Assembly (NCBI GenBank): GCA_016782405.1
Contig: JADHYO010000001.1
Span: 1-47,478, forward strand
DNA length: 47,478 nucleotides
Source of the DNA: Candidatus Aenigmatarchaeota archaeon
GTDB taxonomy: Archaea > Aenigmatarchaeota > Aenigmatarchaeia > QMZP01
Reading direction: 5' to 3'
Shown: piece by piece, positions 34,936 through 42,910 of the stretch
Layout: each line of letters opens with the position of its first letter
Position numbering within the stretch: the stretch's first letter is position 1
The notes under the pieces: model-generated
Database searches by the model: none
What the model saw: the letters and a program-made list of their open reading frames with translations, nothing else
What the model was told of the DNA's origin: nothing
Made by a program: the position numbers and the translations under genes

Positions 34936-35799
34936 ATGGGTTACATAATTGCGGTTAACTGGGACGTGGACAGGGTATGGTACCCAGGCATTTCCAGTAG
35001 CTACTGCGCTGGGCAAAATCCCCAGGACCCCGAGCCACACCTTAAAAGATTCCTTAAAGGGGGGTTGTTCACTGAAGATGATGTCACAAAGTGGGCAGAA
35101 TATGCTGGCAAAGATACTTCCGACCCTATCCAATCAGTTGGTGACCTTGCAGATTGTCTGACTGCATTATATCATGATATAAAAAATCCAGATGGAAAAC
35201 GTGTGTTAGAAAAATCACAGACAGTCGAGGCCAAACAATCGCTCCTGAGGGGCATGACAATGGAACAGGTGAGAGACATTGCTGATGGTGTAGAACTGAC
35301 TCCTGGTTTACAGAAAGCTATTGAAGAATTCAATAAAAGTGGCGTTCGCCAAGTAGCTTTTTCAGATGGGTTTGGTCCATTTGTTTCCTATGTGGCCAGG
35401 AGAGAGGGTATGGGTTACTGGGGTGTTGTTCCTGCTATTGTGAAGGCTGATGGAAAGGAAACAATCTTTACAAATGAAATGATTGACAGTGATGTGGTAA
35501 TGACAGGAAAGGCAGAACCTTACATCAAAGCAGATGCTTTTTTCGCTCTCTCTGAAAGGCGGGGATATAAGCCTTCTGATTTGGCTGCGATTGATGATTC
35601 TGAGACAAACATACCCACACTGAAGAGAATTCAGGAAGGTGGTGGGGTTGCGATTGGCTTCAACCCAAGCGAGTCCGGTGCACCAAAGTTCCGTCAGGCT
35701 GGCATCCCTATACTCCAACAAGAAGAGAGAACACTGGAGCCATTCATTGAGATTGTTTTAGATCCAACCGATGCAACAATCGGAAAGTATTGTTTATAA
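34936..35799 (+). CDS. HAD-superfamily phosphatase-like protein (SerB-like C-terminal motifs)
   Basis: IIAVNWDVDRV (DxD), VAFSDGFG, and K...AAIDDSETNIPTLK (motif IV-like). Confidence 0.45.
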   Translation: MGYIIAVNWDVDRVWYPGISSSYCAGQNPQDPEPHLKRFLKGGLFTEDDVTKWAEYAGKDTSDPIQSVGDLADCLTALYHDIKNPDGKRVLEKSQTVEAKQSLLRGMTMEQVRDIADGVELTPGLQKAIEEFNKSGVRQVAFSDGFGPFVSYVARREGMGYWGVVPAIVKADGKETIFTNEMIDSDVVMTGKAEPYIKADAFFALSERRGYKPSDLAAIDDSETNIPTLKRIQEGGGVAIGFNPSESGAPKFRQAGIPILQQEERTLEPFIEIVLDPTDATIGKYCL

Positions 35800-36437
35800 T
35801 TATGAACCGCGATTCAATTGACGTTCTGGAAAGCAATGAATATTCTGTTCTCAAGGGGGTGGAATACAAACCTGTTGCCTGGGGGTACACCACTCGCTCT
35901 GTGGGGGATGGTAAAGATCTTCTTGTTGCAGAGCGAGTTAAGTTAGGTGATGATCTAAGGACTGGGGAGCTTGTCATCCCTGGGGGTGGTCTGAAAAGTG
36001 GTGAGGACTACATACAGGCTGCCATAAGGGAGGTAAATGAGGAGACAGGGGTCACTGCTGTCCCTGGTAATCGTTCCAAGTTCGCCAATCTTAGCGGGTT
36101 ACCTGTTCTCAAAAATAGGGAAAAAATTATAGCTATCTATGATCCCATGGGATTAGTCTGGCTTTACTACAAGGATTCAGGAAAGGCTTATATGGGACAA
36201 ATGGTGGATCTGGAGCCACGGTCAGAACCAGTAAAACCATCAGGGCAAGATGCGAAGCATCCTCATTACCTACCCCTCGAGGAGGTTATCTCCAATCCTG
36301 AGAAGTTCACCCCCGCTTGTCAGATTCTCCTAGAAATGGCTGAAGAGGCTGAACGTTCCACCTTTGTTAAGGATCAGGACATTTCGCTTTCAAGTTTCCC
36401 AATTGTTCTGCATTCAAGGATTAAAAAATCAGACTGA
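35790..36437 (+). CDS. Nudix hydrolase
   Basis: Complete Nudix box GGLKSGEDYIQAAIREVNEETGV (G-x5-E-x7-REx2EExG). Confidence 0.8.
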   Translation: MFIIMNRDSIDVLESNEYSVLKGVEYKPVAWGYTTRSVGDGKDLLVAERVKLGDDLRTGELVIPGGGLKSGEDYIQAAIREVNEETGVTAVPGNRSKFANLSGLPVLKNREKIIAIYDPMGLVWLYYKDSGKAYMGQMVDLEPRSEPVKPSGQDAKHPHYLPLEEVISNPEKFTPACQILLEMAEEAERSTFVKDQDISLSSFPIVLHSRIKKSD

Positions 36438-36923
36438 CTTAAATAATTTTTTAAAAACCTCTAGGAATGCCGGGGTGAAAACTTCAGGGGTTTCTAAGAT
36501 TTTTTTCTTGATGCTCTCGAGTGAGTGAAACTCAATCACTGCCATCTCATCATCACTCTTTTTGAACGGTCCATCCGAGGTTCCACGGAAGACCATGATG
36601 TTTTGCATGTGCTCCTTTTCATAACTCCTGACAAGTCCAACCTCCTCCAGCGAGGTTTCAATACCGAGCTCTTCCTTCAGCTCCCTGGTTGCTGCCGTTG
36701 AATAATGTTCTCCTGAGCTGACGTGACCTGCAGCTGAGGAGGTGAGGCGTCCAGGGAACGTGTCCATTTTTTCTGAACGCTTCTGGAGCAGAAGCTGTCC
36801 CTGCGAATTGAAAATCAGAATTTGCACGCATCGATGGATTAGCCCGCGGGAATGACATTCCTTCCTACTGGCCTTCCCAATAACCTTGTCATCCTTGTCC
36901 ACCACGTCATAGTATTCTGTCAT
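36429..36923 (-). CDS. Nudix hydrolase of the IDI-type-1-like subfamily (catalytic Cys apparently absent)
   Basis: Nudix box GHVSSGEHYSTAATRELKEELGI. N-terminal YDVVDKDDKVIGKASRKECHSRGLIHRCVQILIFN resembles IDI-1/YfcD-like proteins. SSAAGH sits where IDI-1 has the TNxxCxHP Cys. Confidence 0.6.
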   Translation of the reverse strand: MTEYYDVVDKDDKVIGKASRKECHSRGLIHRCVQILIFNSQGQLLLQKRSEKMDTFPGRLTSSAAGHVSSGEHYSTAATRELKEELGIETSLEEVGLVRSYEKEHMQNIMVFRGTSDGPFKKSDDEMAVIEFHSLESIKKKILETPEVFTPAFLEVFKKLFKSV

Positions 36924-37663
36924 AACAAACCCTCTATCTGCTCAAAAACCTTATCATTTTTGATTATAGGAATTCCCATTTTCTTGGCCTTATCCCTCTG
37001 GGCCTGGTTTGAGTATCCCCATGATACCAATACCGCTTTCACCCCCATTGCATTTGTTTTTTTCGCGGATTCAAACATATCCTCAATGAATAGAATCTCA
37101 CCTGGTTTTACAGAGAAGCGGCCCATTATCTTCTTCATGTGCTCAGTCTTGGAGGTTCCATCCTCCCTTGACAACATGCCGCTTTCTTTATAATCAAATC
37201 CCTTTTCCTTCAGAAGTAATAATGCAGATTCCTTATCTCTTGTGGTTGCTATTAATGTTTTGTATTTTCTAGAGATTCTTTTAAAATCACTTGCTTGAGG
37301 AAACGTTTTGTTAGCCATGACCCATTTTTTCATGTTTCTTTCCCGCCAATCTTTTCTTGCTTTGTAAAAATTATTGAAGAATTCCTCCTTCCCTTTATTG
37401 TATTTTTCTCTTAGTTTATCAAATTCCTTCACTGTTACCTTTCCGAAGTCCTTTCTTTCATGCTGGATAGCCATGGATATAAAGTGATAATCATATGCTG
37501 AAATGACAAAGGCTCTTGCTTTCCTAAAATTCTTTTCCAATTCTTTGGATTTTTCAAGCTTACCCCCCATCTTATTGAAAGCTTCTAACGTAAGCAAATA
37601 GCACTCGTATACACTATCGTTTATAACACCATCAAAGTCCAGGGCAATAATTTTAATTTTCAT
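36920..37663 (-). CDS. HAD-superfamily hydrolase
   Basis: MKIKIIALDFDGVINDS (DxD motif I), LFIEDMFESAKK (motif IV-like). ATG at 37663 preferred, 4 nt after the upstream stop. Confidence 0.7.
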   Translation of the reverse strand: MKIKIIALDFDGVINDSVYECYLLTLEAFNKMGGKLEKSKELEKNFRKARAFVISAYDYHFISMAIQHERKDFGKVTVKEFDKLREKYNKGKEEFFNNFYKARKDWRERNMKKWVMANKTFPQASDFKRISRKYKTLIATTRDKESALLLLKEKGFDYKESGMLSREDGTSKTEHMKKIMGRFSVKPGEILFIEDMFESAKKTNAMGVKAVLVSWGYSNQAQRDKAKKMGIPIIKNDKVFEQIEGLL

Positions 37664-37667
37664 AGTA

Positions 37668-38381
37668 TCATAACATTTCTTTAGACATTTCACTTATATC
37701 ATTAAAATAAAGATCAGCGCCCTTAAGGATCTTTCTGTCAGGGGCCTCAGAGAGTAAAATAATAGAAGTGCAGCCGGCTGCCTTGGCAGCTTGTATATCC
37801 ACCTGGGTGTCTCCCACATAAGCCGTTTCCCCTGCAGGGGTGCAGAGCTTTTCATATATTATATTGATACCTTCGGGTGAGGGCTTCTTAACCATTACAT
37901 CCTCCCCGCCCAGGATAAATGAGAAGTATTTTATTATGGGTTTCATGTCCCTCTCTATAGTGGATTTGCTGGCATTGCTCCAGACAGTAAGGGTATACTT
38001 CTCCAGGGTTTTCAGTGCATCCTCAACCCCAGGGAGAATCTTTGCAAACTTCCCAGCTTCTTGGGAATAAAAAAATTTCTTGTATTCACTCCTTGCCTTA
38101 TCTATAAATTCCTCATCCTTCCCGCTAACATGCTTTTGAACCAAGGAATCATATTCCCCTTCGCTGGAAGGAACACCCTTACCAGCCATTGTAAGGGCAA
38201 GCATCAGCGTCAATGCATTCCTGCTGTTGTTGTACTTCCCGATTGACCTTATCGTTCTGTAGTCCTTTAAGGAAAATGGAAATTCTATTCCCTGCGATAC
38301 AAAACCTCTTCTCATACCTTCCAACCCTGCCGGGGCAGAGTCCCTGAGAACACCATCCACGTCAAATATTATCAGCTTCAT
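37668..38381 (-). CDS. HAD-superfamily hydrolase (phosphoglycolate phosphatase/PGMB-like)
   Basis: MKLIIFDVDGVLRDS, VWSNAS and YVGDTQVDIQAAKAAG. Confidence 0.75.
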   Translation of the reverse strand: MKLIIFDVDGVLRDSAPAGLEGMRRGFVSQGIEFPFSLKDYRTIRSIGKYNNSRNALTLMLALTMAGKGVPSSEGEYDSLVQKHVSGKDEEFIDKARSEYKKFFYSQEAGKFAKILPGVEDALKTLEKYTLTVWSNASKSTIERDMKPIIKYFSFILGGEDVMVKKPSPEGINIIYEKLCTPAGETAYVGDTQVDIQAAKAAGCTSIILLSEAPDRKILKGADLYFNDISEMSKEML

Positions 38382-38477
38382 ACCAACATCGATATAGTAG
38401 TTATTGCAACAATTTCAATAAATGTCTATTGACTCCCTGGGCGACCTTGAAAGGTTTTTTTGGAATCAAAATAATTT

Positions 38478-38540
38478 AAAGACACTTGTCATCCAACTCT
38501 CAAGACACTTGTCATACACCTTTTTAAAGACAAGTGTCAT
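38478..38540 (+). promoter_or_regulatory. Three copies of a 13-15-nt operator-like motif plus a TATA-like box upstream of 38551
   Basis: AAGACACTTGTCAT at 38479-38492 and 38502-38515. Inverted-core version AAGACAAGTGTCAT at 38527-38540. TTTTTAAA at 38521-38528. The ATG is at 38551. Confidence 0.5.
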
Positions 38541-38550
38541 ATATTACAGT

Positions 38551-38979
38551 ATGAAAGTTGAGAAGCACCTTGAAATCTTGAAAGAGGTTGAGGATGAAAT
38601 AGGCTCTGCGCTTGAGGATCAGAAAGGGCTTGCCGCTCATCAGAGGAGGCTTGCATTCATGATTTCCCTGGGTATAACAGAGCTTATTGAGCTCTATTTC
38701 CATGGATTGAAAGTGATGAAGGAGGGTTCAAGAATAAAGCATGAGTGGCTCAAAAAGAAGAACGTCAAGGAGATACTTTCAAATCAAATTATCAAGCCAA
38801 TAGAAAGTGTAAAGGAAATAGACAAAATCCTTGCAATCACCAAGGCAATTGAAGAGAAAAGGAATGACCTTGCCTATTCCTCCCCTGTTGAAGAGGAGGA
38901 AATTTTAAGGGAAGAGATAAGCAAGTATTTTGAAATCAAAAAACTTATTGAAAACATAGTGGGTGGTTTCCATGAATGA
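38551..38979 (+). CDS. Small helical protein, partner of the downstream nucleotidyltransferase (HEPN-like position; assignment unproven)
   Basis: ATG at 38551 preferred, because the listed 38422 start runs through the repeat/promoter region. 17-nt overlap with the next gene. No clear Rx4-6H motif. Confidence 0.5.
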   Translation: MKVEKHLEILKEVEDEIGSALEDQKGLAAHQRRLAFMISLGITELIELYFHGLKVMKEGSRIKHEWLKKKNVKEILSNQIIKPIESVKEIDKILAITKAIEEKRNDLAYSSPVEEEEILREEISKYFEIKKLIENIVGGFHE

Positions 38980-39586
38980 GCAGTCAAAGAGAAAATCCTA
39001 TGCAATTTCATTCACCTCATTCCTCTTGAGAGAGTTGAAAAGCACCTCCAGGATAAAGAGGGTTATACTGTTCGGTTCTGTTGCCCGCTCAGAATCCACA
39101 AAGGAAAGTGATGTTGACATCTTTATTGACATTGAAAAGGAGACAAAGAAACTGAAGCAGGGGATTGAGCAGGTCTTGGAGAGGTTCTACAAAAGCAAGG
39201 AGGCAATTCTGTTCAAGCTACTTGGAACAGAAAACACATTTAACCTTGTAATTGGGAGCCTGGACAAATGGAAAGGCCTTAAGAGAAGCATTCTCTCAGA
39301 CGGGATCGTGCTCTGGGGAAAACTGGAATCCAGGGAGAAGCCTGGGGAAACCCAGCACAAGATTATATTTTACTGGGACAGTATAAAGAAGAACCGCGGG
39401 GCATTTCTCAACAAAATATACGGTTACAGGGCAGTTGGCAAGGAATACAGGGGTCTTCTTGAGCAATGTAAAGGGGAAAGGATTGGAAAGAGTTGCGTAA
39501 TAATACCAATTGCTTACAGAGATGCAATGGTTAAACTCCTGAAAAAATACAAGGTTGATGCAAAGGTAGTGGAAGTGTTCACCTGA
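38963..39586 (+). CDS. Nucleotidyltransferase-domain protein with an extra C-terminal domain of about 95 aa
   Basis: ILFGSVARSESTKESDVDIFID NTase motif. The C-terminal half (IIFYWDSIKKNRGAFLNKIYGYRA..GERIGKSCVIIPIAYRDAMVKLLKKY) is not part of minimal MNTs. Confidence 0.7.
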   Translation: MVSMNEQSKRKSYAISFTSFLLRELKSTSRIKRVILFGSVARSESTKESDVDIFIDIEKETKKLKQGIEQVLERFYKSKEAILFKLLGTENTFNLVIGSLDKWKGLKRSILSDGIVLWGKLESREKPGETQHKIIFYWDSIKKNRGAFLNKIYGYRAVGKEYRGLLEQCKGERIGKSCVIIPIAYRDAMVKLLKKYKVDAKVVEVFT

Positions 39587-39596
39587 TTTATTTTTG

Positions 39597-40598
39597 TCAG
39601 AATAAATGTTCTTCAGTTAATCGGGCGTCTGGGCCTGGCTTGACAACACGGACATCCTCAATTGCAGGGAATTCTTTAACTCGCCTGACAATCTCTTCTG
39701 CATCCTTTTCCAGGCAGATAATCTTTACCTGAGGTCCAGCATCTATTGTGAAGTATGCTTCCAGGCCTTCGTCTCTCCAGTTATGGATAGCGTGGATTAG
39801 TTCTATTGTTCCAGCGTTCCAATAAACAATGCTGGGCTTTGTTGTGAGCATAGTTGCGTGCATTTTTATGCAGTTTTCCTCTGCTGTGCTTCCCACCAAA
39901 GAGAAATTCTTTTCAAGTATTCCTTTCCTAACAGTTTCCAAGTTCTGGTTGACTGTCTCTAGCCAAGCCTTGTACATTGGTGAGGTCTTTAGGGTCTGTG
40001 ACATCCCTGCCCTGGACTTGACTTTCTTGGCTTTTGTTGACGTGATGCATGTAATCATCCTGAATTCGGGCCAATGCTCTGGAGGAGCAATCTGTTGAGC
40101 GAAACAATCGCTTCCATCCTCATTCTCCCCGCGGAGCCACTCCACAAAGCCACCATGAATTGAGCGTGTGGCAGAGCCAGATCCCCTTCGGGCCAGCATA
40201 CTCAAGCCCTTCTGGTCTAGCCCCATCCCAAGGGCACCATTAACAGCAGTGGCCAATGCAGCAAAACCAGCTGCAGAGCTAGCCAGGCCGGCTGCAGTAG
40301 GGAAATTGTTCTTGCTTACAATCTTTGCCTTTAGATCCTTTCCTGAGAGTTGGCGTGCAACAGTAAGGAACTTACCCACATAATCATCATATTCCTCCAT
40401 TCCCTTGGGAAATTCTTTGTCATTTACAATCAGAATATCCTCCTGTAAGGAAGGATCAAACTCTACAGTGGTGTGTGCATGAAAATCATTCGTGGTCATG
40501 CTTATGCTTCCGTTCTGGGGTAGCATGACTTCCTTGTTTCTCTTTCCCCAGTACTTCACCAATGCAATATTTGCATGCGCAATAGCAGATGCTTTCAT
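39597..40598 (-). CDS. mvaD: Diphosphomevalonate (or phosphomevalonate) decarboxylase, GHMP family
   Basis: AHANIALVKYWGKRN, LPQNGSISMT, PTAAGLASSAAGFAALA and GSGSATRSIHGG match MVD-family motifs. Confidence 0.8.
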   Translation of the reverse strand: MKASAIAHANIALVKYWGKRNKEVMLPQNGSISMTTNDFHAHTTVEFDPSLQEDILIVNDKEFPKGMEEYDDYVGKFLTVARQLSGKDLKAKIVSKNNFPTAAGLASSAAGFAALATAVNGALGMGLDQKGLSMLARRGSGSATRSIHGGFVEWLRGENEDGSDCFAQQIAPPEHWPEFRMITCITSTKAKKVKSRAGMSQTLKTSPMYKAWLETVNQNLETVRKGILEKNFSLVGSTAEENCIKMHATMLTTKPSIVYWNAGTIELIHAIHNWRDEGLEAYFTIDAGPQVKIICLEKDAEEIVRRVKEFPAIEDVRVVKPGPDARLTEEHLF

Positions 40599-40631
40599 AC
40601 CAGTATCTTTCCAGTTATCTTTAAATATATA

Positions 40632-40813
40632 AGCCCCGGGCGGGAATCCCTTAGAGAGGCTGCTGTTCCATGCAGCCAGACTTATTCGAACCCGCGACCT
40701 CTGCCTCTTTGCAAACCCTTCCTTGAAAGGGTGCTACCAAGGCAACGCTCTTTGCCGTTTCTTTGGGCGCTTTCTTTTCTAAAGAAAGTGCATACCGACT
40801 GAGCTACCGAGGC
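40632..40813 (-). tRNA. tRNA-Thr(GGU) with three putative introns (D-loop, canonical 37/38, T-loop)
   Basis: Minus-strand reading: GCCTCGG TA GCTC AGTCGGTA [42 nt, 40751-40792] GAGC G TTGCC TTGGTA [28 nt, 40707-40734] A GGCAG AGGTC GCGGG TTCGAAT [39 nt, 40645-40683] CCCGC CCGGGGC T. Mature length 73 nt with all four stems intact. Confidence 0.7.
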
Positions 40814-40892
40814 TTTTCCTTTATACTAGCATCTTGCCAATAAAACTTTTTATCTTCCTGTGCTTTTATTGAGAGGAAAACAATACTATTGC

Positions 40893-41294
40893 ATGAGAGC
40901 ACAGGTGGCCTTTGAGTACATTGTGATTGTCGGGCTTGTGATTGCCTTCCTGGTTCCAGTGTGGTCCTACATTGCCTCAATGAATGATCAGGCTACTCAA
41001 TCGCTTTCAGTATCGCAGGCTCAGACAGCTGCAAAAAAGATTGTTTCAGCAGCTGACCTGGTCTATACCCAGGGTCCACCCACGCAGATAACACTTGACG
41101 TCTTTGTTCCCAGAGGGGTCCAGAACGCCACTATTGTCAATTCCACTGTCTGGTTCCGTGTTTATTATACATCTGGTGTGACAGACGCCACTGCCACAGC
41201 ACTCGGCTCCTTGCAAGGGACGCTCCCTAGAAGTGAGGGTCTCTACAAGTTCACTATCACCGCAGTCTCAGACTATGTTAACATCAGCTACTGA
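40893..41294 (+). CDS. Archaeal type IV pilin-like protein (class III signal peptide)
   Basis: MRAQ|VAFEYIVIVGLVIAFLVPVW prepilin-like N-terminus. ATG at 40893 preferred. Confidence 0.65.
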   Translation: MRAQVAFEYIVIVGLVIAFLVPVWSYIASMNDQATQSLSVSQAQTAAKKIVSAADLVYTQGPPTQITLDVFVPRGVQNATIVNSTVWFRVYYTSGVTDATATALGSLQGTLPRSEGLYKFTITAVSDYVNISY

Positions 41295-41353
41295 TTGCGA
41301 AGAGATCGCTATAGCTACTTCTACCAAAATAAAAAAACAAGAAAAAGCTCAAT

Positions 41354-41839
41354 TTAAGAGACAGTTCCGCTGAGGGTTCCTGAGCTGATAAATCCTGTCA
41401 ATCCACTATCAACATTTGTGTAAGTGATATTTGCATTAGCTGAATAGCCGCTTCCTGATGTTAGCGTAGATGCTCCGGTTGTATACACTAGTTGCATTGT
41501 CTGTCCAGGGGCAACAGTAATTGGTGTAGCGGGTGATGTTATTGCATTTACATGACTCCCTCCAACTCCGGCGCCTCCTGCTGTTATACTGATAGTTGCA
41601 CCTGCACCATTTGTTAGTTGCATTGTGATAACTCCTCCAGAACTTATCTTAAATCCCCCTGCGGGGACACTGTGTGGGTTAAATCCTGTTGCTATGGTTG
41701 TTGTGTAGGTTGACGGGTTGAAGATCCCCAGTGAAAACAGAACTGCCGCCACGATGATTACAATAAGGATAGCCCAGCCATAAGTCATTAGATATTCCAT
41801 GGCTGCTTGTCCCTTTTTGTTTCGGGCAAATGTTTTCAT
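41354..41839 (-). CDS. Archaeal type IV pilin-like protein (class III signal peptide)
   Basis: MKTFARNKKGQ|AAMEYLMTYGWAILIVIIVAAVLF. Thr/Ser/Gly-rich C-terminal domain. Confidence 0.75.
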   Translation of the reverse strand: MKTFARNKKGQAAMEYLMTYGWAILIVIIVAAVLFSLGIFNPSTYTTTIATGFNPHSVPAGGFKISSGGVITMQLTNGAGATISITAGGAGVGGSHVNAITSPATPITVAPGQTMQLVYTTGASTLTSGSGYSANANITYTNVDSGLTGFISSGTLSGTVS

Positions 41840-41959
41840 ATTGATTATATTGGTGGTGGCCCTATTTAAACATTTTTACTTAAAATCAGGGAAAGATTTT
41901 TTTTGGAATCGGTATGGGAAGATGGTATTTTTAAAAATATAACAGTGTTAACTGCTTCG

Positions 41960-42910
41960 CTACGGAATAAGTGACCCAAAGCTCGTCTGGATGAAAGCCT
42001 GCGCTGCGAAGAATACAAGAAGGCCCACTATCATGAATATTGGCACATACTTTGCTCCTGCTTTTTCACTCCCAGAGGCAATTGAACCTATTATTATCCC
42101 GCCGAAGAATGTGGTGATTAACACTGCAGCAAGGCTGAAGAAGAACAGAAACTCTGGGCTGACGGCGATTCCTGAGAACTGGAGGAACGAAACCTGGCTG
42201 CTGGCTTCTTCTGTGAATGTGGCTGCAGAGCCCAGCTTGCTGATAGTGACAGTTAGGAATGTGGAGAGTGCGTAAAGGACTGGCGCACCAACACAGCCGG
42301 CAAACCCAATGAAAATAACATACATTGTCACGTTCGCACGGACTTCCTTGGTTATTCCCTGTTTCCTCCTGATGTCCTCTGCGTTCTGCTCAAGTAGCTC
42401 TGCGAACTGACCACCGGAACGGGTTCCTGATATTATCAGCTGCATGGAACGCTTCAGGATATTGGATCTTATGTAGCGGGGGATAATCATGAAACTCTCC
42501 TCCAGGCTCTTGCCTGTTATCATCTCCTTCCCAGCCTTTTTGATGGCATCAGAAAGTGGACCAAACTCTTTCCTGGCTGACAGCATGAGGGCTCTGCTTG
42601 GGATGTGGCCTGCCCTGGAATTAGCAGCCATTAGCTGCAGTGCATCAGGTAAAATGCTTTCTGCAAAGTGTGCTCTACGTTCTATTGCAAGAAAGACAAG
42701 TCCGTGGAGCAGACTGAAAATACCTGCAAATACTAGGACAAAAACCAACAAAAACAATTCACCAGTGAAAAAACCAATAACAAGCCCAAGGAGTATGGAA
42801 ATAATAAAGGATGCATTGGTGAAGCCCTTCGGGCTTTTCTTGCTACCTGCATTCTCTAACATTTCCTTAACCTTTCTCTTGTACCGCTCAGGCATTGCTC
42901 TGTATATCAT
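41960..42910 (-). CDS. Type II secretion system F-domain membrane protein (FlaJ/TadC-like)
   Basis: Polytopic membrane protein with a cytoplasmic T2SF-like helical bundle. Sits in the pilus operon and overlaps the upstream gene by 4 nt. Confidence 0.7.
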   Translation of the reverse strand: MIYRAMPERYKRKVKEMLENAGSKKSPKGFTNASFIISILLGLVIGFFTGELFLLVFVLVFAGIFSLLHGLVFLAIERRAHFAESILPDALQLMAANSRAGHIPSRALMLSARKEFGPLSDAIKKAGKEMITGKSLEESFMIIPRYIRSNILKRSMQLIISGTRSGGQFAELLEQNAEDIRRKQGITKEVRANVTMYVIFIGFAGCVGAPVLYALSTFLTVTISKLGSAATFTEEASSQVSFLQFSGIAVSPEFLFFFSLAAVLITTFFGGIIIGSIASGSEKAGAKYVPIFMIVGLLVFFAAQAFIQTSFGSLIP

